A stretch of 64,000 nucleotides of DNA. Origin: Candidatus Thorarchaeota archaeon (GTDB taxonomy: Archaea > Asgardarchaeota > Thorarchaeia > Thorarchaeales > Thorarchaeaceae). The notes beneath the pieces are model-generated. The model did not search any database and was not told the DNA's origin. It saw nothing but the letters and a program-made list of their open reading frames with translations. Position numbers and translations under genes: made by a program. Positions 28,296 through 38,460 of this stretch are shown piece by piece. The stretch lies in NCBI GenBank assembly GCA_046758445.1, contig JBHIAE010000008.1, positions 15,806-79,805 of the forward strand. The letters are read 5' to 3'. Positions within the stretch are counted from its first letter, which is position 1, and every line of letters starts with the position of its first letter.

Positions 28296-30113
28296 TTGAA
28301 GGTGGTTAGGGTTTTGCAACAGTTTAGTCCTGCTATCTTTGTTGGTGTCGGACTAGTGATTTACATTTTCGGCTACTGGCTATATGCTAGGTATGTAGAC
28401 CGCAATGTCTGGCAGCCCGACCCCAACGTAAAAACACCTGCGCACATGTATATGGATGGCGTAGAGTTCTTTCCGACCTCAAAGAGTGTACTGTTTGGGT
28501 TCCAGTTCAAGTCTATTGCTGCTCTCGGCCCCATTAGCGGACCGTTCATAGCACTAGTATTCGGCTGGTTACCTGCGTTCCTTTGGATCATCTTTGGTAC
28601 GTTCTTCATCGGTTGGATTCACGACTACACGTCTGTCATGATTACAGTGCGCAGCGAGGGTGAGTCATTCGGTCCGATTGCATATCGGATGGTGGGCTCC
28701 CGAGGCCGCAAGGGTCTGATGGGTTTCATCATTTTCTACTTGATTCTAGTGATGTCAGTATTTGCCTACATCTGTGGAGCGTTCTTCAGAGCATTCCCAC
28801 AGAGCATTGTCCCGACAATCTTCGTGATTGCTGGCGGGGCTGTGGCTGGAGTCATGATGTATCGAATGAAGATCAACATCGTCATATCGACCATTGTTGG
28901 ATTGTTGTTCATGGTGGTCGGCATCTGGTTGGGACTTTGGCTCTTCTTAGCTCCCCCGGCCGGAATTGGGGCTCTTGCTTGGATCAGTGGTACTCCAATA
29001 GAATGGTGGATCATACTTGCTCTGGTTCTAGTATACTTTGGTGCGACATTGCCCATTACAGACTGGGCGCAGCCAGTTAACTACGTTGCTTTCTGGCCGT
29101 GCTTTGTGGCTGTGGTATTGATCATCGCTGGCGCCCTGCTGAGTCCTCTCACAATGGGACTCTATCCTGCAGAACCAGTTCTGGTCCAAATAGATCCAGT
29201 CATCACGCTGTTTACAGAGGCAAACGGTCCGATTTGGCCGATTCTCTTTGTTGCAATTGCATGTGGTGCTGTTTCTGGGTGGCACAGCTTGGTGGGCAGC
29301 AGTGCAACAGGCAAGCAGATTGCATCTGAAGTGGATGCGCTTCCAGTTGCCGGAGGCTCAATGTTCGTCGAAGGTCTTCTAGCCATATCCGCCATGTCAG
29401 CATATGTCGTGATTGCGCCAGCAGCTATCCAGGCTGCCTGGTTCCTAAACTTTCCAACAGGTGCAGCAATCCTCACGCAGGGGTTGTTCGGTGGAGCAGC
29501 GGTTTCAGGTGTGATTCTGGTTGCCTTCTTTGCGATGGTATTGGAGCTCTATGCCATCACGGTATTGCAGCTCATGCCTCGATTCTTCCGAATGGCAGCA
29601 GCTGATCTCGCTGGGACTTCATTCATCGCTCCCTTGTTCCGCAACAGATGGATTGGTGCACTAATTGGAATACTCATTGCGTTTGCTTTCGCGGCCACTG
29701 GAGCTTGGTACCACATCTGGATGTTGTTCGGCGGGAGCAACCAACTGCTCGCTGGACTGGCTCTCATGCTAGCTTCTGTCTACCTAGTCCGGACGAAGAG
29801 ACCAACATACTACACTCTGATTCCAGCCCTTTTCATGATTGTGACATGCGAAGCAGCACTTGTCTGGGAAACCTGGATCTTCGTCAGTGCCCTACTAACA
29901 ACAGGCTACTTTGTTAGACCTGGTAGTTTGCTGGGCGATATGGCTGCTGCAGGCAACACCTTGCCAGCAGTCACACTGACATGGATATTCATTGGCATCT
30001 CTATCATACTCTTCTTCCTTGGATGGCTCGTCTTTGCAGACGCATGGGCTGCGTATCGTCGTGGTCCGGAGGTCGCCGAGCCTGAGATAAAAGTAGCAGC
30101 TCCCCCTCAGTAG
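28296..30113 (+). CDS. cstA: Carbon starvation protein A family transporter
   Basis: TPAH..DGVEF.PT, SIAALGPISGP, IHDY, PILFVAIACGAVSGWHSLV, WMLFGGSNQLLAGLAL. Confidence 0.95.
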   Translation: MKVVRVLQQFSPAIFVGVGLVIYIFGYWLYARYVDRNVWQPDPNVKTPAHMYMDGVEFFPTSKSVLFGFQFKSIAALGPISGPFIALVFGWLPAFLWIIFGTFFIGWIHDYTSVMITVRSEGESFGPIAYRMVGSRGRKGLMGFIIFYLILVMSVFAYICGAFFRAFPQSIVPTIFVIAGGAVAGVMMYRMKINIVISTIVGLLFMVVGIWLGLWLFLAPPAGIGALAWISGTPIEWWIILALVLVYFGATLPITDWAQPVNYVAFWPCFVAVVLIIAGALLSPLTMGLYPAEPVLVQIDPVITLFTEANGPIWPILFVAIACGAVSGWHSLVGSSATGKQIASEVDALPVAGGSMFVEGLLAISAMSAYVVIAPAAIQAAWFLNFPTGAAILTQGLFGGAAVSGVILVAFFAMVLELYAITVLQLMPRFFRMAAADLAGTSFIAPLFRNRWIGALIGILIAFAFAATGAWYHIWMLFGGSNQLLAGLALMLASVYLVRTKRPTYYTLIPALFMIVTCEAALVWETWIFVSALLTTGYFVRPGSLLGDMAAAGNTLPAVTLTWIFIGISIILFFLGWLVFADAWAAYRRGPEVAEPEIKVAAPPQ

Positions 30114-30140
30114 ATTAGGAGTAGCCGCAAGGCTACCTCC

Positions 30141-30153
30141 TTCCCCTTTTTTT
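30141..30153 (+). terminator. Pyrimidine/oligo-T tract, putative terminator after cstA
   Basis: TTCCCCTTTTTTT ~30 bp after the stop. Confidence 0.35.
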
Positions 30154-30233
30154 GTGACGATGGATATGGCCCTTTCAAAACACTCATTTGCTTCGCTAGA
30201 AGAAATGAGGTAGACAGCGAAGGTGATCAACAG

Positions 30234-30494
30234 TTGAGGATATTCAAGGCAATCAAAAGAGCTCTGGAAGGGATCTGGGATGCACAGAAGGCGTCTCTCG
30301 CTGGACCACTTATCAAAGCCAAGACAGTCCATGATGATGCTATGATGTTCATAGTCTTGGGTGACCTACTTGGGTACCCATTTCAGTCAACATTCTACTC
30401 CCGGCTGTTGTTTACATATTGGCTTACAAGAATCCCTCCGTGGAAGCAGCGGCTCTTGAAGGAGCAAGATGTGCTGGCCAAGATGCACGAGTAG
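30234..30494 (+). CDS. Small CstA/ArsA-associated protein (cory-CC-star-like), paralog 1
   Basis: DDAMMFIVLGDLLGYP..FYSRLL..W motif; position between cstA and ArsA-like genes. Confidence 0.7.
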   Translation: MRIFKAIKRALEGIWDAQKASLAGPLIKAKTVHDDAMMFIVLGDLLGYPFQSTFYSRLLFTYWLTRIPPWKQRLLKEQDVLAKMHE

Positions 30495-30564
30495 GCCATC
30501 TAGTCAGATTTAAACAAAAAGAGTTATAGGGCCCTAGCCTTCCAGACCCTTCAGGGATTACCGC

Positions 30565-30852
30565 ATGCAACCTGAAAAAGAAGGTGACACTTCGGACAAG
30601 AAACGTGGCGCAAAGGGAGCAGTGAAGGACTTCTTCTACGGCATGGCAATGCAAGGTATGGCCAGATATGCATTGAAGACGCGCATGTACTTGGAACACT
30701 TGTTCATGCTCATCACTCTCGGAGATATGCTAGGCATCCCTATCCTTCCGCCGTATTACTCGCTCAAGCTTCTACCCTATGCAGTACCCAACATTAAGAC
30801 TTGGAAACGTACGCTGTTCAAGGAACGCGACTTTACGGATGCACTCTTCTAG
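30565..30852 (+). CDS. Small CstA/ArsA-associated protein (cory-CC-star-like), paralog 2
   Basis: EHLFMLITLGDMLGIP..YYSLKLLPY..WKR; clearly paralogous to the preceding ORF. Confidence 0.78.
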   Translation: MQPEKEGDTSDKKRGAKGAVKDFFYGMAMQGMARYALKTRMYLEHLFMLITLGDMLGIPILPPYYSLKLLPYAVPNIKTWKRTLFKERDFTDALF

Positions 30853-30899
30853 GTCGGTATTCCTCACCTCACATTCGTTGCATATCGAGGAGAAATGTT

Positions 30900-31907
30900 A
30901 TGGCACGAAACATGAGCAGTTTCTACGAAATCAATCCTGACGTAAGAATAGCAGTGTTTGCTGGGAAGGGAGGTCTGGGCAAGACCACATGCAGTGCTGC
31001 ACTGTCAATGTGGCTATCAAAGCAGAAGAAGAACGTTTTGTGCTTCAGTACCGATCCTCAAGCCTCATTGTCCGACATCTTCGAGAAAGATGTGTTCGGG
31101 AAAGGGGCCCAGAAGCTGGCTCAGGACCTATTCGTGATGGAAATTGATGCGGACAAACGCATCGCGGCCTTCCAGGAAGAAATCCGGCAGCAAATCAAAG
31201 ACATGTATGGTATTAAGGAAATCCCCAAGGAGATTGATGAATATATCAGTGCGGCCAGTGCTGAGCCCGCCATGCACGAGTCTGCCACCTATGATGCAAT
31301 GGCAGGTTTGCTGGCCTCTGAAGAGTATGATCTCTATGTCTTTGACATGCCACCTTTTGGCCACGGGATTCGAATCGTTTCCATGGCTCGAATCTTGGAC
31401 ATCTGGGTGGATAAGATGGAAGAAACGCGAAGGAAGGCCCAAGAGTATGGCGATTCTGCATATCAAATGCAACAGAAGACAGCTGGTGCCGGCCAAGATC
31501 AGATGCTTGCCGAGCTGCAAGACATCCGGAAGAAGCTGGGCTTCTTCCAAGATATCCTTACTGACAGCAAACGAACAGCATTCTATATGGTTGTCACACC
31601 TGAGAAGATGTCAATTCTGGACACGGAACGCGCACTTCAGATGTTTGAACAAATGGAGATTACGCTGACGGGGGTCATCGTCAACCAGGTCTATCCAAAG
31701 GAACTGCTCCAACGGAATGATCTGAGTCCGTTTCTGCGCGAACGTATTGAGATGCAGCAGAGATACATGGTCGAGATAGAAGAGAAGCTGGGTGACCATG
31801 TGTGCGCTGTGATTCCGATGTTTGACCGCGAACCTAAGGGACTCGAAATGATCAGGAAAGTATCTGATGTCATGATGAGTTGGAATGAAAAGATAACGGG
31901 GGACTAG
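30900..31907 (+). CDS. ArsA/Get3-family ATPase 1
   Basis: GKGGLGKTT, STDPQASL, EIDA, FDMPPFGH, VVTPE, IVNQ; GAGGAG RBS before ATG 30900. Confidence 0.92.
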   Translation: MARNMSSFYEINPDVRIAVFAGKGGLGKTTCSAALSMWLSKQKKNVLCFSTDPQASLSDIFEKDVFGKGAQKLAQDLFVMEIDADKRIAAFQEEIRQQIKDMYGIKEIPKEIDEYISAASAEPAMHESATYDAMAGLLASEEYDLYVFDMPPFGHGIRIVSMARILDIWVDKMEETRRKAQEYGDSAYQMQQKTAGAGQDQMLAELQDIRKKLGFFQDILTDSKRTAFYMVVTPEKMSILDTERALQMFEQMEITLTGVIVNQVYPKELLQRNDLSPFLRERIEMQQRYMVEIEEKLGDHVCAVIPMFDREPKGLEMIRKVSDVMMSWNEKITGD

Positions 31908-31911
31908 AACA

Positions 31912-32922
31912 ATGTCTGAATCCAAATTCAAGGACTTCGTGAATCAGCACCCGAAGCTGAAGTACTTCTTCACAGGCGGTAAGGGTGGCGTTGGCAAGAC
32001 TGTTAGTGCTGCCGCGATTGCTCAGTATTTTGTTTCACAGGGGAAGAAGACCCTCATTGCTTCTCTGAATCCCGTCCACTCGCTCTCAACTCTCTATGGT
32101 CAGGAGATATGGGGGCAAGGGATTCAGAAGATTAATGGAGCGGAGAATCTGTGGGGAATAGAGGTTGATATCATGGAGAAGATAGGAACCTATCGTGATC
32201 AGCTCACGGAACGTATCACCTCATTTCTCAAGTGGGCGGATATCCCAGTTGACCCTGCAGCGTTCATTGATATCGCCGTGACCAATCCGGCGTTCGAAGA
32301 ATCTGCTCAGTTCGATACTATGACTGATATTATGCTTGAACAGGGAGAGAACTACGATGTCATTGTGTTTGACTGTGCAGCCGTGGCCAATGCGATTCGA
32401 CTATTGGGTCTCAGCAAGATCTACGACCTCTGGCTAAGCCGCATGATTGAAAGCAGGAAGGAAGCCTTGTCTCTCAGAGTTCAGCTCTCCTTTAGAAAGG
32501 AGAAGGTTGCCGACGAGGTCAAGAAGGACCCTATGATGGCGGACCTCTTGCGGCAGCACCAGAAGATGAGTAGGGCGAAAGAGATTCTTAGTGATGTGGA
32601 GAGAACTGCATTTGTATTCGTTACGATTCCGCTGGCACTTCCCATTGCCGTGGTACAGAGGTTCATCACAATGGTGCGGGCCTTTGATATTCCTGTTGGC
32701 GGAGTCTTTGTAAACCGCATCATTCCGCAGTCAGCAGCAGAAGAAGACGCCACCGAATACATGAAGAACAGTTACCAACAGCAGGAACGATACATGAATA
32801 TGATTCGTGACCAATTGGGAAACCTTGTTAGTGCTTATGTTCCTCTGTATCCCACAGAAGTGAGCGGTGTTCAGGGAATCGTCCAGTTCTGCGAGGACAT
32901 GTTAAGTTTCAGACCTGAGTGA
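31912..32922 (+). CDS. ArsA/Get3-family ATPase 2 with degenerate switch motifs
   Basis: GKGGVGKT, SLNPVHSL (Asn for the switch I Asp), FDCAAVAN, FVNR. Confidence 0.92.
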   Translation: MSESKFKDFVNQHPKLKYFFTGGKGGVGKTVSAAAIAQYFVSQGKKTLIASLNPVHSLSTLYGQEIWGQGIQKINGAENLWGIEVDIMEKIGTYRDQLTERITSFLKWADIPVDPAAFIDIAVTNPAFEESAQFDTMTDIMLEQGENYDVIVFDCAAVANAIRLLGLSKIYDLWLSRMIESRKEALSLRVQLSFRKEKVADEVKKDPMMADLLRQHQKMSRAKEILSDVERTAFVFVTIPLALPIAVVQRFITMVRAFDIPVGGVFVNRIIPQSAAEEDATEYMKNSYQQQERYMNMIRDQLGNLVSAYVPLYPTEVSGVQGIVQFCEDMLSFRPE

Positions 32923-33101
32923 TTAGTCACTCATGACACCTTCGCTGCGTCTCAAAGATGGACTCTGCAGAGTGAGCAGTGACATGCCCTTTCAAGTTCT
33001 GTTCAACAAGCTGGCACTGACGGCCAGACTAATGTCACCTTCGGAAGGCTCTAAAGCATCTATGCAATAAACGAATGGTAAGAATTGTGCGAGGTCTAAG
33101 A

Positions 33102-33458
33102 ATGGCCATTACGTTGGACGCAGAGGACATTCGTAGTATTGATATCAAGCATGGAGAGAAAGACGAAACAACCTCTGGCTATGCCGTCGTATACCTTCGG
33201 AAGCACAGACCAGAGGTAAATGTGTTCCATTTCAACTTCTCAATGACCAATGATGACTTCTTTGAGCAGATAACCGCGTTAGAGGCAGCTGCTCAGAGGT
33301 CAGGTTTCGAGCTGAACCTGACGAGGAAATCAAGATTCTCCTTGGCCGTCGAGAAGTTGCTGGTAGGTGCACTGGCAGGTACCGCGTACCAGAGCCGCGG
33401 CTGCCCATCTTGCCGAATGATTGACACATTCATCGCCGGTGGACGTAGCATGGCATAG
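33102..33458 (+). CDS. Hypothetical protein
   Basis: ORF fills the intergenic space; C-terminal CPSC. Confidence 0.45.
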   Translation: MAITLDAEDIRSIDIKHGEKDETTSGYAVVYLRKHRPEVNVFHFNFSMTNDDFFEQITALEAAAQRSGFELNLTRKSRFSLAVEKLLVGALAGTAYQSRGCPSCRMIDTFIAGGRSMA

Positions 33459-33644
33459 CCCTGCCTGTCACCAATCATCTGAAGAACTCGGGGTGCGAAG
33501 GCCCGCTCTATCGATATTTGCGGTTGGGCACGTTAGTGTTGAGACCGTCTGGTTCCGTCAGAATGCCGCCAGACGCCAATTGAGCATCCTTAAGAGAGTC
33601 AAGTTCACTATCGCAGATCACCAATATCGAAGTTGGTTTTGCTC

Positions 33645-34583
33645 ATGCGGACAGCTATCATGGGTGCAGGAGGAGTCGGCGGATACTTCGGAGGACTGCT
33701 GACCAAAGCTGGCGAGGATGTGACTTTCATAGCGAGAGGGCAGCACCTCAGGGCAATAAGGAGGGACGGACTGCGGATTCAGAGCCCCAGGGGAGATTTC
33801 TCTGTGAGGGCCAAAGCATCAGAGGATCCAGCTGAAGTCGGACCTGTGGATCTAGTCCTTTTCTGTGTCAAGGGCTACGACACAGTCGAGGCTGCAATGC
33901 AGACGAAACCAATGGTGTCCACAAACACGACAGTGATATCCTTGCAGAATGGTGTGGATAAGGAAGAGATCCTGGGCCGCATTCTTGGAGTCGACCGAAT
34001 TATGGGCGGATTATGTGCACTGAACGCCTATATTGAGTCCCCCGGAGTCATAACACACCTAGGACTTGAAAGGCTTGCCTTTGGAGAAACGGACGGAACT
34101 CAGTCGGAACGAGGGAAACGCATACTGGAAATGCTTGAGAATGCAGGCATAAATGCTAGTCTATCACAGAATATCTTGGTAGAAGAGTGGGAAAAGTTCG
34201 CCTTCATTAGTGCGGTTGGAGGCCTGTGCTGCCTCACACGTTTGCCCCTGGGCCCGATCTTGGAGTTTGAAGAAACAAGGCTGCTCTACATCAACACACT
34301 GTCAGAAATCCTTGCAGTCGGCCGCAATGAAGGAGTCGCATTAGATGATGATGTCCTTCAGAAACTTATGAGATTCTCATCTGGTCTTGACCCAGATCTG
34401 AGACCATCCATGTATCGTGATTTGAAAGCGGAGAAGAGGATCGAGATTGAAACTCTTAATGGTGCTGTCGTCCAGCTCGGTCGAGAATCAGGAACTCCCA
34501 CACCCACCAATGATTTCATCTATGCGTGCCTAAAGGTCGTCAATGAAGTGAACCTCAGACGTGGGAATATGACAAGGGCTTGA
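33645..34583 (+). CDS. panE: 2-dehydropantoate 2-reductase (ApbA/PanE family)
   Basis: GAGGVGG, FCVKGYD, SLQNG, WEKF, PSMYRD..EIETLNG. Confidence 0.93.
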   Translation: MRTAIMGAGGVGGYFGGLLTKAGEDVTFIARGQHLRAIRRDGLRIQSPRGDFSVRAKASEDPAEVGPVDLVLFCVKGYDTVEAAMQTKPMVSTNTTVISLQNGVDKEEILGRILGVDRIMGGLCALNAYIESPGVITHLGLERLAFGETDGTQSERGKRILEMLENAGINASLSQNILVEEWEKFAFISAVGGLCCLTRLPLGPILEFEETRLLYINTLSEILAVGRNEGVALDDDVLQKLMRFSSGLDPDLRPSMYRDLKAEKRIEIETLNGAVVQLGRESGTPTPTNDFIYACLKVVNEVNLRRGNMTRA

Positions 34584-34687
34584 AGAATGAGGTTGCTACG
34601 CCAGCTTGAGTAAGACAAGTTACACAGCTTCACACCCAACGGCAAAGACTATAGGTAACAGATGTACCCTCGTCTCTGGGTGTTATC

Positions 34688-35236
34688 ATGAGAATCTCAG
34701 GTCAGGATGAAGAGAGTAAATCAGTAATCGATGTGGCACGCCTGATGCTTCTCGCAGCCAGAACCGCACCGAAGGCGGCCGGCAAGGATGACATTGACAC
34801 TGTCATCCTCACGGGGAAGGACAAGGATGCAGTGGCTAAAGAGATGCTGGAAATGGCAGAGTCCCAAGGGGAACTGTGGATTCGAGATGCCAAGAACGTG
34901 GAGAAATCCGACGCGCTTATGCTCATCGGTCTGAAGGGCCACAAGACACTGGGAATCAACTGTGGAGCTTGCGGCCATGAAACATGTGCTGATTTCTCCA
35001 AGGCAGAACGAAGACAAGGAGTTGCCTATGAAGGACCAATCTGCACAATAAAGGCTCTCGACCTAGGCATAGCCTTGGGGAGTGCTGTCAAGACAGCACA
35101 GATCCATAATGTAGACAACCGTGTCTTCTATCGATCCGGCGCGGCAGCTCATCGGCTTAAGCTGATGCCTGACTGTCCCATAATCCTCTGTATTCCTCTC
35201 TCAGCGACCGGCAAGAGTGTCTTCTTTGACCGGTAG
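34688..35236 (+). CDS. DUF2148 ferredoxin-domain protein
   Basis: AARTAPK, NCGACG..C, DLGIALGSA, VDNRV, GKSVFFDR. Confidence 0.88.
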   Translation: MRISGQDEESKSVIDVARLMLLAARTAPKAAGKDDIDTVILTGKDKDAVAKEMLEMAESQGELWIRDAKNVEKSDALMLIGLKGHKTLGINCGACGHETCADFSKAERRQGVAYEGPICTIKALDLGIALGSAVKTAQIHNVDNRVFYRSGAAAHRLKLMPDCPIILCIPLSATGKSVFFDR

Positions 35237-35478
35237 CATATAGACCACTAACTAGAGAACGCAGTGGACCAAGGTCGGATCAAGGATTCGGCTTGTGGAT
35301 TTCCAAGCAATCCTAGGTGTACCAGTCCGGCTTTGACAATGACAAAGTGACTCCACCAATGGAAAGTAGATCTCTATCAAGTATCCTCGCTACAGAGTAG
35401 AGAGGTAGTCACGCTTCGCATGAGCCCCCTCATCTTCGATTCGAGCACATGCGTAGATAACATGGCGTTGTGTCTTTG

Positions 35479-35889
35479 CTAAAGCCGGGCAATGAGCTTC
35501 TTCAAAACAGAGTGGTGACGGTTCTCATCTTCGAGAACGTGTTCAAGCAGTCTTTTGATTGTCTCGTCCTTCATAGTCTTGATCTGTTTCTTGAGTGTGT
35601 TGATCATGTCCTCTTCCAGTTTGATGTGTTCTTCGAGTTCAATGGGAGAGATATACTCCCCGATTCTTCGGCTCACAGCGAGATCCCACTCCGATGGAGG
35701 AATGGTCAGAGTCTGCTTGATGACTTCGAAGATCCTCTTATGTTTCCTTGAATCCATAAGCAGCTCTTCAAATACTAGCTTAAAAGCGAAATTGCCAATC
35801 ATCTCCATTGCTTCTTCGTATGCCTGGATGGCCTTCTCTTCGATTTCTATTTGATAGTCAAGTATCTTCGTGAGTTCTTCGCGATCCAT
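35479..35889 (-). CDS. Ferritin-like (rubrerythrin-type) di-iron protein
   Basis: Two E...(D/E)xxH half-sites: EIEE/DSRKH and KLEE/DENRHH. Confidence 0.85.
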   Translation of the reverse strand: MDREELTKILDYQIEIEEKAIQAYEEAMEMIGNFAFKLVFEELLMDSRKHKRIFEVIKQTLTIPPSEWDLAVSRRIGEYISPIELEEHIKLEEDMINTLKKQIKTMKDETIKRLLEHVLEDENRHHSVLKKLIARL

Positions 35890-36144
35890 TAGCTATTCAC
35901 TCATTCCACTTTTCGTTCTGGCAATGGGTAGCGGTATCGAATTGCCTGCATAAGACATTTGTTGTTGGTCGGTCAGATGATGAGTCTGAACTCCCCAAGA
36001 AGCACAGCTTGTCTTGTTTCACTCCAAACAGAAATGCATTCGAGAACGTGCCATCTCGATTATGTGGTTCATTGGCCGAGGCGCCGTGCCAGCCAAGACA
36101 AGATTCAAATAACCGAACAAGCACCTGCAACCCAGTTGGTCGCC

Positions 36145-36729
36145 ATGACAGAAGAAAGTGGGGAACTGGCACCTAGGAGAGACGAGTATTTCGATCTGGG
36201 AAGCATCTTCAGAAACTCAGCTACGATCACTTTTGTGATTCAGATTGGAGCGGTGATTCTGATGGTAGGCTCACTTACAGCGTATGGGATTGGTGACCTG
36301 TTTCTTTCACTCGCCCCTGACCTTCAGATACTCATGCTGCTAGTAATCAGTATCATCTTCCTGGTCATATTCTTAGCTGCAATCAGCGCCTTCATCCGTT
36401 TTTCGAGGAGGATTGGGAACGTAGTAGTGGGCCCCGGTATAGAACGTGTGCCATTCAATACTCCTAGGGTGAAGACGGTTGTCATGATGTATGGAGTGCT
36501 TGTGACTCTGATGGCCATAACAGGACTCTACATCTGGTATCTAGTCGACCTGAACTTCCTGATTCCATTTGCGTCTGGCAGTACATCGCTCAGGCTGTTT
36601 GGTTTTGCGCTCGGCGGGTTTGTAGTTGCTCTACTCATCCAGATAATCGTGGCCGGTGTTGGACGCAGTGCATCCAGAATAATAATCGAGGTGCTGGATG
36701 CAGACGACGATGAAGAGTTCCTTAGGTAG
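36145..36729 (+). CDS. Hypothetical 4-TM membrane protein
   Basis: Four hydrophobic helices; start set at MTEES. Confidence 0.7.
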   Translation: MTEESGELAPRRDEYFDLGSIFRNSATITFVIQIGAVILMVGSLTAYGIGDLFLSLAPDLQILMLLVISIIFLVIFLAAISAFIRFSRRIGNVVVGPGIERVPFNTPRVKTVVMMYGVLVTLMAITGLYIWYLVDLNFLIPFASGSTSLRLFGFALGGFVVALLIQIIVAGVGRSASRIIIEVLDADDDEEFLR

Positions 36730-37057
36730 ACTGGTCTCTTTCGTCTTTCCCCGGTAGGTCAAACTCCTCATAAATCTCCTCAGGCAGAGGAGTGTAGATT
36801 CGTCGCTCAGCACTTGCCTTCTCCAGTCGGTCGTAATAGCCAATTGTAGCGTAGACACTGTATACGCCGAACACGAATCCGACTAGTGCTCCAATAATGG
36901 CTCCGGGTACAGCTCCCTGCGGACCCCAAATTGAAGATCCTATGAACTGGCCAACATACAAGAGAATTATCACTGAACAGGGCAGTTCCGACCCTACTGC
37001 CAACCATCGCCCCATCCCTGTAAGGCCAGACCGTTTCTGTTCTTCTGTCTGACTCAT
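36722..37057 (-). CDS. AtpZ/AtpI (ATPase gene 1)-like two-TM protein
   Basis: LAVGSEL...VGQFIG...GALVGFVFGVYSVY pattern. Confidence 0.6.
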   Translation of the reverse strand: MSQTEEQKRSGLTGMGRWLAVGSELPCSVIILLYVGQFIGSSIWGPQGAVPGAIIGALVGFVFGVYSVYATIGYYDRLEKASAERRIYTPLPEEIYEEFDLPGKDERDQST

Positions 37058-37149
37058 CACCAACACTCTCAACAGTCATGATACCGACATTGGTCAGACT
37101 TAAGCATGTTGAACTGCAGACGAGTCAATGCTTTTTTGTAGGCAGTGTG

Positions 37150-38460
37150 ATGGTCAATGACGAGGCCACTCTGTTGAAAGTCGACGTGACCTACGGAGAT
37201 TCAACCATTGAACTTGATATCCCCGATGAGAACCTGTCGGGTAAGATAGTCCCCAAGCAGCTGGCAGCCGAGGTAGACATAGAGAATGAACTTGCCCGCG
37301 TCCTAGCTAATCCACACGGCCCGCACCTGACAGACCTTGTCCGGGGCAAGAGTATCTGTGTCTTGATCGCGGACCACACAAGGGACGCGCCCCATAGGGC
37401 ACTTGCAGATGCAGTGGCACCTCTTCTTGTTGACGCTAACAGAGTGCTCTTCGTCATCACCACAGGATCTCACGAGGTCGAACACCCCGGAAACCTCGAG
37501 ATTGTGAGTATGTTGTCGCATGCAGCCAGTGACGCGGGCCTCGACTCCTACAAGGTTGCCATCCATGATTGCCAAGCCAGTGAAACTGCTGACCTGGGAG
37601 AAACCACTAGAGGTACTCCTCTGCTCGTAAATGCATTAGCAGTGGGATATGATGTCTATGTCCCACTTTCGGACATGAAGGCCCATTACTTTGCAGGATA
37701 TTCAAATCCTCTCAAGGACTTCCTTCCCGGCGTCTGTGCATTCAGAACCATCGAGGCAAATCACTCAATGGCATTGAATCCGAAGTCGACCTTTGGGCGA
37801 CATCCATATCATCCCGATGAGTCTCGACGTGACAATCCACTGGCTGATGACATGAGAGAGGCCACCGAGATGATTACACGGAATGCGAGAGTCTTCACAC
37901 TTGCTGTGATTTCGAGTGGAAGTAGACTGGTCTGGGCAGACGCAGGACGCCTGAGATCGGTCATTGCGCGAGGCATCGAAGTCCTTGATGAAACCACCAG
38001 CTTCACAGTCAAACCAGTGTCGAGAATTGTGGTGTCCCCCGGGGGCTATCCACAGGACAAGAGTCTATATCATGCCCAACGTGGACTTGAGCTGACTAAG
38101 AATGCTGTCACCGAAAAGGGCGAGATCCTTTTTCTTGCAGAGTGTAGGGACGGGGTTGCACCTCCAGCAGCAATAGAGAACTTCTACGACAGGTTGAAAG
38201 CCCCATTGGATGATGTGCTAGAGAGCATCAGTGGGAAGTATCATTTGTACGAACACAAGGCGTTCAAGTTTGCTGAGCTGCTGAAGCGTGTTTCTGGCAT
38301 CAAGATACACACTCAGCTGGACACAGACACCGTTGAATTAGCCCATCTAGAAAACGTTGAAGACCCGCAACAAGTGATCGACCAGTGGATCTCAGAGGAC
38401 CCAGAAGCTCAGATTCTGGTGCTGGACAAGGGAAACAAGTTGGCCGTGTATGCATCCTAG
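37150..38460 (+). CDS. LarA-family (lactate racemase-like, DUF2088) protein
   Basis: DHTR, TGSH, GETTRGTP, HYFAGYS..K..LPG, SPGGYPQDKSLYHA, AECRDG. Confidence 0.88.
   Translation: MVNDEATLLKVDVTYGDSTIELDIPDENLSGKIVPKQLAAEVDIENELARVLANPHGPHLTDLVRGKSICVLIADHTRDAPHRALADAVAPLLVDANRVLFVITTGSHEVEHPGNLEIVSMLSHAASDAGLDSYKVAIHDCQASETADLGETTRGTPLLVNALAVGYDVYVPLSDMKAHYFAGYSNPLKDFLPGVCAFRTIEANHSMALNPKSTFGRHPYHPDESRRDNPLADDMREATEMITRNARVFTLAVISSGSRLVWADAGRLRSVIARGIEVLDETTSFTVKPVSRIVVSPGGYPQDKSLYHAQRGLELTKNAVTEKGEILFLAECRDGVAPPAAIENFYDRLKAPLDDVLESISGKYHLYEHKAFKFAELLKRVSGIKIHTQLDTDTVELAHLENVEDPQQVIDQWISEDPEAQILVLDKGNKLAVYAS

Noticed and set aside
30900-32922. Arsenic resistance operon
   Set aside because: No arsB/acr3, arsC, arsD or arsR; single-domain proteins without a recognisable metalloid Cys set; cstA context
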